In this document: piece after piece, positions 36,181 through 58,597 of the stretch
Layout: the number at the start of each line of letters is the position of its first letter
Position numbering within the stretch: position 1 is the stretch's first letter
From: the human T2T-CHM13v2.0 reference genome, Homo sapiens
Strand: one strand, 5' to 3'
Length of the DNA: 64,000 bases
Assembly (NCBI RefSeq): GCF_009914755.1
Contig: NC_060947.1
Program-made: the position numbers and the translations under genes
The notes under the pieces: model-generated
Told to the model about the DNA's origin: nothing
Seen by the model: the letters and a program-made list of their open reading frames with translations, nothing else
Database searches by the model: none

Positions 36181-37274
36181 GGCTCCACTGCTATTACTTT
36201 TATCCAAACCACCATCACTTCTCATCTAGTTATTTCAGTGATCTCCCTGCTACCACCCTTGTCCCTTCTACAGTTTATTTTCAACCCAGCAAAGGGTGGT
36301 TCTTTAAATATATGAGTTAGGTGATGCTGATCATGTTATAATAATACCTTTTGCACCTGCTACATGCCAAGCCCTACAAGGCCTTACATGATCTGGCCCT
36401 GCTACTCTCCCTGTCATTCATTCATTCATTCATACCACTCTACACTGGCCTCCCTGCTGCTCTGAACCACCTCGCCAGCATGCTTCTATTTCAGGGCCCT
36501 TGAGTTGCTATTGTCTCTGCCTGAAACACACTTCCCTCAGGTATCATCATGGCTCCTGGTTCACTTATTCATTTCTTTCAGGTCTTAGCTCCCTTGTCAC
36601 CATCTTAGGTGACCATCCTATCCAAAACTGCCACCCACCCCTAATCCCAGCATTCCCTATTCTCCTGCCCTGCTACATTATTCTCCATAACAATTATTAT
36701 CTTCTGACAAACTATGCATTTGACATTTTTGTTTATTGTTTGTTTCCCCTCCATAGATTTTTTTAAAAATTTTTTATTTTAAAAGAATTATGCAAAAATA
36801 GAGATGGGGGTCTCACTAGGTTGCCTAGGCTGGTCTTGAACTCCTGGGCTCAACTGATCCTCCCACCTCAGCCTCCCAAAGTGCCGAGCCAACTCCGCAG
36901 TAGATTTAAGGTCTCCTGTGAAAAGATTTTGGTGACTTTATTCTCTGCTATATTCCCAGCACCTAGAACAGTGTTTCACAAAAAGGTGCCCAATAAATAT
37001 TAGTTAAATGACTGAATAATAACACCAGTAACCAATTAACAGGCACAAACTGTGTAGTTAGACAACTCACATTCATGATATCACTTCGTTTTCATAACAA
37101 CCCCAGGAAGGTGGATTATTGTCCGTATTTTACAGATGAGGAAACTGAAGAGTTGAGTGAATTTCCTAGATACACACCTCTGGTAAGTGCCAAAACGCCA
37201 AATCCAGCTTCCACAGGGTCACAGTACAGCTGTTCTTGCCCCTCTCAAAGTGCCTTCCCCAAAAGATGATTATT

Positions 37275-37699
<425 letters not shown>

Positions 37700-38661
37700 T
37701 TAGTGGCTGTGCATCTTTGGAGGTACAGCCACAAAGGACGAACTTGGTCCTGTTCAGACTTCAGAGATAACAGAACTGACATATGCATCAGTGGGAAAGA
37801 ACAATGTGACAGGAGTAGGAGATTAATTTTTTTTTCTGGAGTGAAAATTGTGTACAGCAGAGGCAATTTATCGTGTCGTATCATCACTGAAATTATCTCC
37901 CTGCTGTCTGCCAGCCCAGCTTTGCTTCAGTGGTTTCCTTAGTGTTATTTAAGCAAATAAATTATGTTTGCTTCTAGCTTTACTTGTTTACATATTTTGT
38001 GCACTGCTTTAGTAAGAGAGTGCATTTTAATAACTTTTATGTATCTAATAGTCATAGATATTTGTAACAATATTTTCGCAGTCATATAGTAAAAACAAAC
38101 ATTGCATTCTTGACAGGGTCAGATTGACCATCATTTGCTAGCATAATCCTTTATCTTTGATGTCAACAGCACTAAATTAGATACAGTTTAAGCAAAAACA
38201 CTTGAGCATAAAGACTTGGTAGGTTTTTCACACAGCTGGACTTCAGTTGTGGAAGGTTAAGGAGAGTATAGTTGAAGAGGATGTTTTTAAAGGGGTCATA
38301 ATAAGGCCTGTTTTAATGCTGCTTGAAGGACGTAAGATTTTGAAATGGGAGTCCCCATAAATGGACTGGAGAATCTACACAACATTTGGAACTGGTCTCT
38401 TTCCTCTGAAAATATAACCTTGGAAGTTGGTATTAGCTCAATTTTACGGAGGCATCTTGGGGAAATTGCAATAACCTTGCCCCTTGCCTTCTATTTCTCA
38501 TCCATTTCTAGTTAAAAAATGTTTACAGGCAGCCCCACTGACCACTTTTAAGAGACTGTAAAGAAAAAGTAATGAGTGATGATTGAACATAGGTATTAGC
38601 ATGTTTCTTTTCTCAATATCTTTGAAATTCCAGCTATCTTGTGCAGGAGCCCAGGCATTAG

Positions 38662-39625
<964 letters not shown>

Positions 39626-39777
39626 AGTTTTCTTCTTATTACAGAATTCAAGTTGGCATCACCATCACATCTACCTGTAGGTTGAGTTCTGCCCTCCAGA
39701 GTGAACAGATATGCCCTCTTCCATATGTTAGCCCTTCCAATATTCAAAATTTAAAAAACCTCCCATGTTCCTTCCTA

Positions 39778-40934
<1,157 letters not shown>

Positions 40935-41604
40935 TTACTTTATTTTCCTAGTTAAGAATTCTTTCAACAACACCATTCTGTCCTACATGAAATAATTAGG
41001 ATTCAAAGAGATTTGAAAATGTTGGGCTGGAACCAACAAGATGAAATATGAGAGATTTTGTGTCTGCTAAAGCAGCTTAAATTACATGAACTTTTAAAAT
41101 TGCCATGTCACATGGCTGACTCACACAAAACTTGTGGTCAACTAAAGCCCCTGTGTCTTTCTCTGTGGTGCCAAATAGGTCTTTCTCATGTTCCACTTTA
41201 AAAGTATTAGACATTATAGATTATCTTATTGGTTTCAACTTATTTTTCTTGCATGTCTAGATTTAAAAAAAAAATTATTAAAGTATAACTTACGTAAAGT
41301 GCATAGATTTTAAGCGTAACACAGCTTAACACACACACATACACACACATATTTTTTATAAAACCATCACTCAGATCAAGAAACAGAACATTACCAGCAT
41401 CCAAAATGCTCCCTTGTGCCCCCTTCCAAGATTGGTTTTGCCTGTTTTTGAACTTTGTATAAATGGAATCATACAGGATGTACTTGTTTGTGAATGGCTT
41501 TTTTGTTGCTTGTCTTTATGTCTGTGAGATTCATCCATACTGTTGCGGATAGCAATAGTTTGCTCTTTTTCATTGCTACGTAGTAATTCATTGAATGAAT
41601 CTGT

Positions 41605-41915
<311 letters not shown>

Positions 41916-42142
41916 AAATGAATCTAATAAAATTTGTTTATCCATTCTCCTTGATGGAAATTGTGGATGCTTCCAACTGCCGGCTAATATAAACAATGCT
42001 ATAATGAACATGCTTGTACACATCTTTTGGCAATACATGGATTTTTATTAGGTATAAACCTGAAATGACACTTGCTGGATCATAGAGTATATGTATGTTT
42101 AGCTTTAGTATATATTGTGAAACATTTTAAAAAGTGATTGTG

Positions 42143-42438
42143 GGCCAAACGCAGTGGCTCACACCTGTAATCCCAGCCCTCTGGGGGGCTAAAGAGGGCG
42201 AATCACTTGAGCTCAGGACTTCGGGACCAGACTGGGCAACAAAGTGAGACCCCCATCTGTACAAAAAATACAAAAATTAGCCAGGCGTGATGGCACGTGC
42301 CTGTAGTCCCAAATACTTGGGAGGCTGAGGTAGGAGGATGGCTCAAAGCCTGAGAGGCAGAGGTTGCAGTGAGCCATGATCACACCACTGCACTCCAGCC
42401 TGGGTGACAGAGGTAGGCATTGTCTCAAAAAAAAAAAA
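42143..42438 (+). mobile_element. AluJ-like
   Basis: TSD aaaaagtgattgtgg. Confidence 0.85.
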
Positions 42439-42460
42439 GTGATTGTGGCAATTCACACTC

Positions 42461-43569
<1,109 letters not shown>

Positions 43570-43767
43570 TGAGAGACAGAGGGAACAAGGAGAAAATAAA
43601 TAATAAAATGCCAAATAAAGTATAACAGATCAATAGTTATATTAATGTAAGTGATCTGAATATGCCTATTCTGTTTCTCTGACAAACCCTGGTAATACAC
43701 TTCCCATCATGTTAGCAAGCTTATAATAGTCAGATACCAAAACAGACAGATAGTATACACACACACA

Positions 43768-43802
<35 letters not shown>

Positions 43803-44126
43803 CCACTACACATCAATATTGTTCCTGATAGACACAAAAACCCTTCACAAAATATTAGCAAATAAAATTCAACAATGTACCAAAATAGTTATATACCATG
43901 AGCAAGTGAAATTTAATCCCATTTTGCAAGGCTGGTTCAACATTTGAAAATCAACCAATGTAAATTCACCATATCAACAAGCTAAAGAAAAATTACATGA
44001 TCATAATGATTATGTCAATTGATACTGTAAATGTATTTGACAAAATTTAACACCCATTTATGGTTTAAAACCTCTCAGAAAAATGGGAATAGAAAGAAAA
44101 TTCCTCAACTTGATAGCAAGCATGTA

Positions 44127-44181
44127 TTAAGTTGGTGCAAAAGTAATCGCTTTTTTACCATTAAAAGTAATGGCAAAAACT
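44127..44181. mobile_element. MADE1 (Hsmar1-derived MITE), truncated
   Basis: ttaagttggtgcaaaagtaat...aatggcaaaaac. Right TIR replaced by an Alu (44182-44433). Confidence 0.75.
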
Positions 44182-44591
44182 GGCCAGGCACAGTGGCTCA
44201 TGCCTGTAATCCCAGCACTTTGGGAGGCCGAGGCAGGCAGATCACTTGAGGTCAGGAATTTGAGACCAGCCTGGCCAACATAGTGAGACCCCTTCTCTAC
44301 TAAAAATACAAAAATTAGCCATGTGTGGTAGTGCACGCCTGTAATCCCAGCTACTCAGGAGGCTGAAGCAGGAGAATCGCTTGAACCCGGGAGGCGGCGG
44401 AGGTTGCAGTGAGCAGAGATCACATCACTGCACTTCCCACTCTCAAAAATCAAACAATAAATAAAATAAAATACAAAATAAAAATTAATCACATTTCTAT
44501 ATGTCAGCAATGCACATGTAGAAAACAAAATTTCAAACCACAATACCATTTAAAATTGCTCCCGAAAATAAAATCCTTACGTATAAATCTA

Positions 44592-45011
<420 letters not shown>

Positions 45012-45577
45012 TTAAAAGACTGGGGAGACACAAGAGTCTTGGATAGGAAGACTCAGCATAGTAAAGATGTCGATTATCCCCCAAATGATCTACAGATTTA
45101 ACATAATTCCTATCAACATCCCAATAAGGTTTTTGTGGATATAGACAGATGTATTCTAAAATTGAAATGGAAGGGCAAGAACCTTGAATAGCTTAAAACA
45201 ATTTTGAAGAAGAAGAATAAGGTGGGAGGAATCATTCTACCCAATATTAAGGCTTCCCTGATAGCTGTGGTAATCAATACAGTGTGGTGTTGGTAAAAAG
45301 ATAGTCACATAGACTGGTGTTTAGCTGGACTAGGGCAGGTATTATCTAAGAGTTTCTGTTCCATTAGGGCCATCCTTTTCCTAGTCCCTTGGGAAGGGAG
45401 AGCAGGCTTTTCTTAGAGCTTTTTTTGGTCTGTGCCTGTTGGTGGTTCCAACTTTCAGGCTTCTCTGGCACCCTATTTGGAAAATATAAGAGGCCAAAGG
45501 GAAACCCGGAAAACATAGCACCATGTTATTCCTGAAGCCCCAAGTTCCCTGGCCAAGTTAACCTTCTTCTTTCCACC

Positions 45578-45942
45578 TGTCTTAGTTTGTTCAAGCTGTT
45601 AGAACAAAACACCATAGACAGAGTGTCTTATAAACAATAGAAATTTATTTTTCCCAGTTCTGGAGGCTAGGAAGTCCAAGATCTAGGTGCCAGAAGATTT
45701 AGAGTCTGATGAGGGCCCATTTTCTGGCTCATAGACAGTGCCTTCTCACTGTGTCCTCACATGGTAGAATGGGGGAACACGTTTCTTCAGGCCACTTTAG
45801 TAAGGGCACTAATTCTATTCATGAGGGCTCCACCCTCATGACCTATTCACCTCCTAAAGGCCCCACCTTTTCATGTCATCATCTTGGGGGTTTAGGATTT
45901 CAACATTTGAATTTGAGTAGGACATAAACCTTCAGACCACAA
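45578..45942 (-). mobile_element. MaLR LTR (MST/MLT1A-like)
   Basis: tgtcttagtttgttc...aaacaatagaaatttattt...ctggaggctaggaagtccaagatc...gagggctccaccctcatgacc. Confidence 0.75.
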
Positions 45943-46017
45943 CATCATCTTTGAAAGTCTTCATGTTTGTTTGTTCTGCTATGCCCAGACTTTTTTAGTT
46001 GTAAGAGGGGCTCTTTC

Positions 46018-47800
<1,783 letters not shown>

Positions 47801-48201
47801 TGATTTCCAGTCTTTATTCCAGTTACTGATAAGAAATGTTGAGCTTAACAAACAAAGTAGTTTACCCTGCTTACTAAACCTTCTTTCACTTTTTGTGCTT
47901 TATTCCTAGTCTATGTCTGGCCTTTCACAGTTTCTTGGCCAATACTCCCAATTCTACATACTGGCTCTAATTTGTCTATTCCGTGATTATTCTGCTTCTG
48001 TGATTTTTATTCCTGGTCCACCACAGAATAGCACTGCCAGTAACCCCATTTACACTTAAAGTATATTAAAAAAAGCTCTTGTTTACATAAAAATAATCTG
48101 GTGACGGTGTCTATATACATTAATGTATGGGAACACCATTTGACTTAGGGGATTTACACACACACACATATATGCAGTCATGTGCCATGTAAAGATGGGG
48201 A

Positions 48202-49233
<1,032 letters not shown>

Positions 49234-49704
49234 GGGATATGCTCTGAGAAATGCACCATTAGGCAATGTTGTCATTGTGTGAACATCATAGAGTGTACTT
49301 ACACAAGTAAGTGTACTACGCACCTAGGCTATTCGGTATCGCCTATTCCTCCCAGGCTAAAAACCTGTACAGTATGTTATTGTACTGAATACTGTAGGCA
49401 ATTGGAACATACGGTAAATATTTGTGTATTTAAACATATCTAAATATAGAAAATGTACAGTAAAAATATGGTACAAATGATAAAATAAAAGTATTAATAC
49501 ACCTGTATAGAGCATTTACCATAAATGGAACATCCGGGACTGGAAGTTGCTCTGGGTGAGTCAGTGAGTGGGTGGTGAGTGAATGTGAAGGTCTAGGACA
49601 TCACTGTACACTACTGCAGACTTTATAAACACTGTATACTTGGGCTATGGTAAATTTGTAAAAAAACAAACAAACAAAAAAGTTCTTTCTTCAATAATAA
49701 ATTG

Positions 49705-49975
<271 letters not shown>

Positions 49976-50471
49976 TAATTAATTAATTAACCTTAGCATA
50001 CTGTAACATTTTCATTTTATAAACTTTATTCATAACACATCTTAAAATACGAACGTTGTACAGATGTACAAAAATACATTTTTCTTTATATCCTTATTCT
50101 ATAAGCTTTTCTCCATTAAAACAATATTTTTTAACCTTTTAAACATTTTTGCTAAAACTAAGACACAAACACACACATTAGATCAGGCATACACAGTCAG
50201 GATCATCTATATCACAGTCTTCCACCACCACATCTTGTTCCCCACTGGAAGATCTTCAGGTGCAATAAACATGAAGCTGTCATCTCCTGTGATAATAATG
50301 CTTTCTTCTGGAATATGTCCTGCAGGAACTGCCTGAGGTTGTTTTACAATTAACTTTTTTCTATATAAGTAGAAGGAGTATACTCTAAAGTAATGCTAAA
50401 AAGTATAGCATAGTAAATATATAAACCAGTAACACAGTCATTTACTATCTTGTTTTTGTTCAAACATTTAA

Positions 50472-50753
<282 letters not shown>

Positions 50754-51900
50754 ATTATTGAGCATTTTTTTATGGGACAAGCACCGTGCAAGGTGCTGGG
50801 ACATAAGAGTAATTACAACAAAGTCCCTCAAGGAGCTCATAGTCTAATGGTAAACCACAGAGCTAACAGAGGCACACAGTGGTAAATGACTTACCCAATG
50901 AGGTGGAAATAGCTAGGTATGTGGAAACCTGGGACTAGAGCTGGAGAGAGGGCACGGTAGAACTTACTGTAAGTAAAACCCCTTTGATTGAAGAGCTGGG
51001 CTGCATACAGAAACACATTACAAAATCTGCTTGCAAAAACCTTCAGTTTCCAGTTTTCCCCACAATTGAATTTATGTCTCACAATGAATTAATCTATCAT
51101 TTGATAGCATTTCTATACTTGGCCCCAAAGCCTTGGAGCATGCCATCAATCTGTTGAGACACAGCAATTTAGTAGACAGCTTAAAATCAAGAAGTATCTG
51201 ACTCCAATTTCAGCATTAAGAACCATATTAAAACACTTCAGTTAAATCAATGAATGTAAATGTACAGCACATTTATGATACTTCTACATGTAGCAGTTTG
51301 GAAAAACTCTCCTCTAACCCTCATCCAGAGTATTCTAATAAGTGATGGATACCAAAGAAATTAGATAATTTGTCACTTTCCAATATATACACTATTTTGG
51401 CTGTACAAGGGCAAAAAGTGTCACTTGGAAATAGTGGATAAGTAATCTAAGCTTTACACAGATATATACAAAGACATCACATTTGGATCCAATATACAAC
51501 AGTAACTGCAAACATGAACCAGTGTAAGGCAATTTCTTTTGTGATATATGACATAATCCCTGAAGGAAAGGGTAGAGCCTGCAAACAACCGTCCATTTCA
51601 GGCCTGACTGTCATTTTCATGACACCCTTTGTGACGAAGCTATTTCAGGAGGCAAGATGTCTATTCCGATGACAAAAAGCAGTGCATAATTATACATGGA
51701 GTTGTTTTCAAATGTGGAAACCAGAATTATTCAGGAATCTAAGTCGTGAACTACTCAAAAATAGTACTGGTGGTAATGCTGCTACTAACCGAAAACAAGA
51801 GCACTCCATGTCCATTGCTGTAAGAATCAAATGTGATGTGTAATTCTCCGCAGAGGATGTTCCCCCAAAACCTCAACAATACCTGAATTCTCAAATGTTA

Positions 51901-52749
51901 TCAGTTGCTCATGTCAAGCAATTCTTCACCTTGCTGAGGATTTTCTTCTTCTTCAGGGTGTTCTGGATGTCTGCTCTCAGATGAAGTCCCAGTGCTCTCA
52001 GATGAAGTCCCGGCACTCTCAGACGTGTAGTTAGCTTCGTAATCCTTCTTCGATAGACACAAATAGGCGTCAACAGGTCCGTCGTTGTTACTTAAACGTA
52101 ATGAGAAAGAGTCTTCAGAAATTGGAATTTCCAGTGTGATTTCTACTGGCAATTTAGCGACAAAAACGGTCTGTTCCTGGAAGCGTTCCAAGTTGTGAAT
52201 GTCTTCAAGCGTCACATATGCTAGTTTTCCCAATTCTTTGTCATTTGTTAACTCACACAGTTGCTGAGAACAATCTTCAATTAACTTATCCAAGGCATCT
52301 TCTGTTGCTGATAATTTGGAAACTTCCTCCTCTAGCTTCTTTTCTTCGGGTGTTGCTCCAGAATTAAAATCAGGTCCAATCCACTGAATATGGTTCTTAG
52401 ATGTTTTTTCAATTAGTTTGACTCCTTGTAAGACACTGATGATGTCATATATTCTTCGTCTGTGCACTGCCAGTTTTGCTGCTACCTGGCTTAAGCTAAG
52501 AACACCTCCAGGAGCCGATTTGAGAATATCTATAAATTTTCGCGTTGTACAAGCCAGTGATGTCTTATTATGAGGTTTCATATTTACAGTTTCTCTTTTA
52601 GACTCAGGTTGTACATCATCTTTGGAATTAATCCTTATTGTTGATGGCAGTGGGCACTCCGCATTGGTGGCGTCTCGGCGGCGAACCGTCTCCTCCGCCG
52701 GGTTAATGGGCAGGTCAGTCAACTTTCCTGCAGGCTGCTGCTGACTCAT
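51901..52749 (-). CDS. Intact E2F6-like ORF, 282 aa (winged-helix DNA-binding domain, leucine zipper, marked box); candidate retrogene
   Basis: MSQQQPA...TRKFIDILKSAPGG...RRIYDIISVLQG...SKNHIQWIG...LAYVT...GPVDAYLC...EELLDMSN*. Colinear start-to-stop with recalled E2F6 (281 aa). gcagccATG context. No stops or frameshifts. Expression not shown. Confidence 0.75.
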   Translation of the reverse strand: MSQQQPAGKLTDLPINPAEETVRRRDATNAECPLPSTIRINSKDDVQPESKRETVNMKPHNKTSLACTTRKFIDILKSAPGGVLSLSQVAAKLAVHRRRIYDIISVLQGVKLIEKTSKNHIQWIGPDFNSGATPEEKKLEEEVSKLSATEDALDKLIEDCSQQLCELTNDKELGKLAYVTLEDIHNLERFQEQTVFVAKLPVEITLEIPISEDSFSLRLSNNDGPVDAYLCLSKKDYEANYTSESAGTSSESTGTSSESRHPEHPEEEENPQQGEELLDMSN

Positions 52750-53030
52750 GGCTGCTCAGCAGGACGGCCTGCGGCCCTCACACCCCACACCCCGCAAGCT
52801 CTCCCGCCTTCTCCAGCTCGAGCACCGCTCCCAACTCACCAACTTCTGAATACTCAGCACGAAGCGGGTCCAAGGCCTGCTCGGAGGTGCAGTTCGACTA
52901 GGCCTTCTGGTCCGCCAGCAAACGCGCCACAGCCCCACGCGCCACGGCCCAGCCCGGGAGCTCCGGATGCAGACAGGAAGTGGGCAGGGCGACACGAGCG
53001 GCTCTCCGGTGGTCTCGCCCAACCGTCTGC
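52660..53030 (-). promoter_or_regulatory. CpG-rich 5' leader / candidate promoter of the E2F6 retrocopy
   Basis: About 30 CpGs in ~370 bp by eye. ETS motif (caggaagt, 52974-52981) and E2F6-type TCCCGC (52802-52807). Confidence 0.5.
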
Positions 53031-53301
53031 CTACATGTGGAGTGCTGACAATTGTTACCAATTATGTACTGCACAGAAATGCATTTGTTATACTTTTATA
53101 CCACAAGCAACGCAGTAGCTTCGTTTGCAGCAGCATCACGACAAACACGTCCGTAATTCATTGTGCTACCACGACACTAGGTGATAGGAAGTTTTCTGCA
53201 CCGTTATAGTCTATGGGACCACCATCATATATAAAGTCCGTGGTTAAATGAACGGTCATTAATGCGATGCATGGCCGTATGTATATAGTTTTATACACTT
53301 T

Positions 53302-54441
<1,140 letters not shown>

Positions 54442-54516
54442 TAATTTTATACACTTTCAATACTTTTATTTTATGGGTCTGGGCAATGATTTTTTGTATT
54501 TGACCACAAAAGTTCA

Positions 54517-55203
<687 letters not shown>

Positions 55204-56569
55204 TTAACAGAGTGAAGAGGCAACCTACGAATTGGGAGAAAATATTGAAGACCTAGAGGATTTTTTTCCTCCCTCCTCACCTTTCTCTTCTCTAAACCCC
55301 AGCCAGACCGAAAGCACAGAAGCAGTCCAGACTGCCAAGTAATGCTCACAATGAGATGCATCCTTTTCATTGTCTAAGATTTTTTCAAAATCCATCATTT
55401 ATGATTAATTACTATATGCTAGTTACTGTGCTAATAACTGCATACATTCTCTCTAATCCTCAGGCCATTGCTATAAGGTAGAAGCTAGTATTATACGCAT
55501 TTTCAGAGAATGAAACTAAGGCATAGAGAGGATAAGTAACTTTCCCAAATCACACAACCAGGATTTGAAACCAGGTCTCTATAACTACAAATCCCAAACT
55601 CTTAGTCATAATGCTCTCTAATGACTTCCCTAATGACTTTGCAATAAAGGGATTTAATCTTTGAGTTGACATAATTAACTGACATAATTAACTGATATAA
55701 CTGGTTATACTAATTTACATTAAGCCATCGCCTCTCATTGCTACCTTAATATGAATTCTTTCTTCAGATTAGGCCAAACATGAAACAATGTCCAGAGGGA
55801 ACTGAGAGAAGGACTGGGGAATTATTATGAGGAACAAGGGAGTTTGGAGCCATAGGCATAGTAAAAGCTGGGATTATGGGCCACAGTCCTGGGTGGCAGT
55901 CCTATCGGGGCACCATAGGGGCAATTGCAGCCTGTGGATGAGGATGGGAAGAGGACTGGGCAGGGAGAGAGCAGAGATCAGTTTCTCAGCTCTGTCATTA
56001 ACAAGCTGTTTGAGCTTGAATTAATTACTTGACTTCTCTGAATTTCAATTTTATCATCTGTCATTGAGATGGTTAGAGTATCAGAGGACATACACAGGTG
56101 ATCTGTGGTCTGAGTGAGGCCAGTAGACATGTTTTGTTTGGATAGCTTAGTATAAAACAATTTTTTATTTTAAACACCTTTAGGCAAGATATGTACTCAC
56201 TAGATCAGCACAGGCTCCATCTCTCTCTCTCTGCTTCACCTCAAGGCGGTCTCACTCATTTAGTTCACTGCCAGCTCCTACAGTCATTTTAGGTTTTGAC
56301 CACTGCCCTGGTCACAGCTTCTTGAAGAGATGTTCAGCCCTAATTACATTCATTACAAATGAAACTACATCTGCCCAAGGGGATCTAGCCTACTAGAGTG
56401 AGAGAGTACTGGATGAAGAATCAGAAAGGCCTGAGTTCTAGGCCTGCATCTGACACACAAAACTGAGTGATCTCAGTTAAATCAGCTAACTTCTTGGATT
56501 TCTGATTTTGTTTGCTCCTCTATGCAATATCCTGCTCTGCTATGCTCACATAGTTGTGGAAATCAAATA

Positions 56570-56805
56570 CAGGTTGAGTGTTCCTAATCTGAAAATTGCA
56601 AATCTGAAATATTCCAAAATCTAAAACTTTTTGAGTGCCAACATGATGCTCAAAGGATGTTCTCATTGGAGCATTTTGGAGGTAGGCTTTTCAAATTAGG
56701 GATGCTCAGCTGGTTAAAGTACCTGCAAATATCCAGAAATCTAAAAAATCCAAAATCTGAAACACTTCTTGTCCCAAGGATTTTAGATAAGGGCTACTCA
56801 ACTTG
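56570..56805. mobile_element. Tigger4a/Zombi-like MITE
   Basis: ta|caggttgagt...actcaacttg|ta inverted termini with TA TSD. Confidence 0.8.
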
Positions 56806-56863
56806 TAGTATAAATAATGTATTAGTCAGAGTTCTTCAGAGAAACAGAACCAGCAGGAGATAG

Positions 56864-56962
56864 ATATCTGTCTCTATCTCTATCTCTATCTCTATCTCTA
56901 TATCTATATCTATATCTATATCTATATCTATATCTATATCTATGTCTATATCTATATCTATC
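56864..56962. repeat. (TCTATC/TCTATA)n microsatellite
   Basis: Direct reading. Confidence 0.9.
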
Positions 56963-56966
56963 TCTA

Positions 56967-57368
<402 letters not shown>

Positions 57369-57394
57369 TTATAACTTTTAAACTGATGTCATTA

Positions 57395-57740
57395 TTTTAT
57401 TTTTTCTTTTTCTGAGATGGGGTCTCACTCTGTCGTCCAGGTTGGAGTGCAGTGCCCCAATCTCGGCTTATTGCGGCCTCCTACTCTGGGTTCAAGTGAT
57501 TCTCCTGCCTCAGCCTCCCAAGTGGCTGGGAGTACAGGCACACACCACCAAGCCCTGGTCATTTTTGTAATTTTTTTTTTAGACAGGTTCTCACCCTGTC
57601 GCCCAGGCTGGAGTGCAGTGGCACAATCTCTGCTCACTGCAACCTCTGACTCCTGGGCTTAAGTGATCCTCCCACCTCAGCCTCCCAAGTAGCTGGGACT
57701 ACAGGTGTGCACCGCCATGCCCAGATAATTTTGTATTATT

Positions 57741-57777
<37 letters not shown>

Positions 57778-57902
57778 AAACAGGGTTTTGCCATGTTGCC
57801 CAGGCTGGTTTCCAATTCCAGGGCTCAAGCAATCCACCCACCTCAGCTTCTCGGAGCGCTGGGATTACAGGTATGAGCCACCGAGCCCACTGACCTTTTT
57901 TA

Positions 57903-57944
<42 letters not shown>
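57395..57944 (-). mobile_element. Antisense Alu pair with two (TG)n tracts
   Basis: Alu motifs, (TG)n at ~57743 and ~57905. Confidence 0.85.
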
Positions 57945-57948
<4 letters not shown>

Positions 57949-58307
57949 ACCATTCAAGTTATGAGAATGTCTCATTTTATCCTCCTTCCCTAAAAGTCTG
58001 GAATTTTTCAATACTGTTTTTAATTACAGGAATACATGATGAAATATAGCAGAAATGGCACAGGCTTTGTAGTCACATCCAGGTTCCAGTCTCTCCTGTA
58101 CCACCTACTGGCTGAATGTCCTTTGGCAAATCATTTAGCCTCAGTTGCTTCATGTGTACAGTTGGGTTAGCAACAGCTCACTTACAGAGTTATTGTAAGC
58201 ATTAGAGATAATGGGCCCATGGAAGGAGTGCAATAAAAGACAGCTCTTGACATTCACTACACTTTATTATATGGTGGGTGGGTGTTGAACAGAAGCAAAA
58301 TCACCTG

Positions 58308-58597
58308 ATTTTTTTTTTCAGTCTCACTCTATCACCCAGGCTGGAGTACAGTGGTGGAATCTTGGCTCACTGTAGCCGTGAGCTCCCGGGCTCAGGTGGT
58401 TCTCCCACTTCTACCTCCTGAGTAGCTGGGACCACAGGAGTGTGCCTCCACACCCGGCTAATTTTTGTATTTTTGGTAGAGGTGGGGTTTTGCCATGTTG
58501 CCCAGGCAGGTCTCGAACTGCTGGGCTCAAGTGATCCACCTGCCTGGGCCTCCCAAAGTGTTGGGATTGTAGATAGGTGTGAGCCACTGTGCTTGGC
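58308..58597 (-). mobile_element. AluJ-like
   Basis: Diverged Alu motifs. Confidence 0.85.

Noticed and set aside
52756-53061. 101-aa ORF upstream of the E2F6-like CDS
   Set aside because: GC-rich 5' leader with a non-ATG start; no protein-like features.
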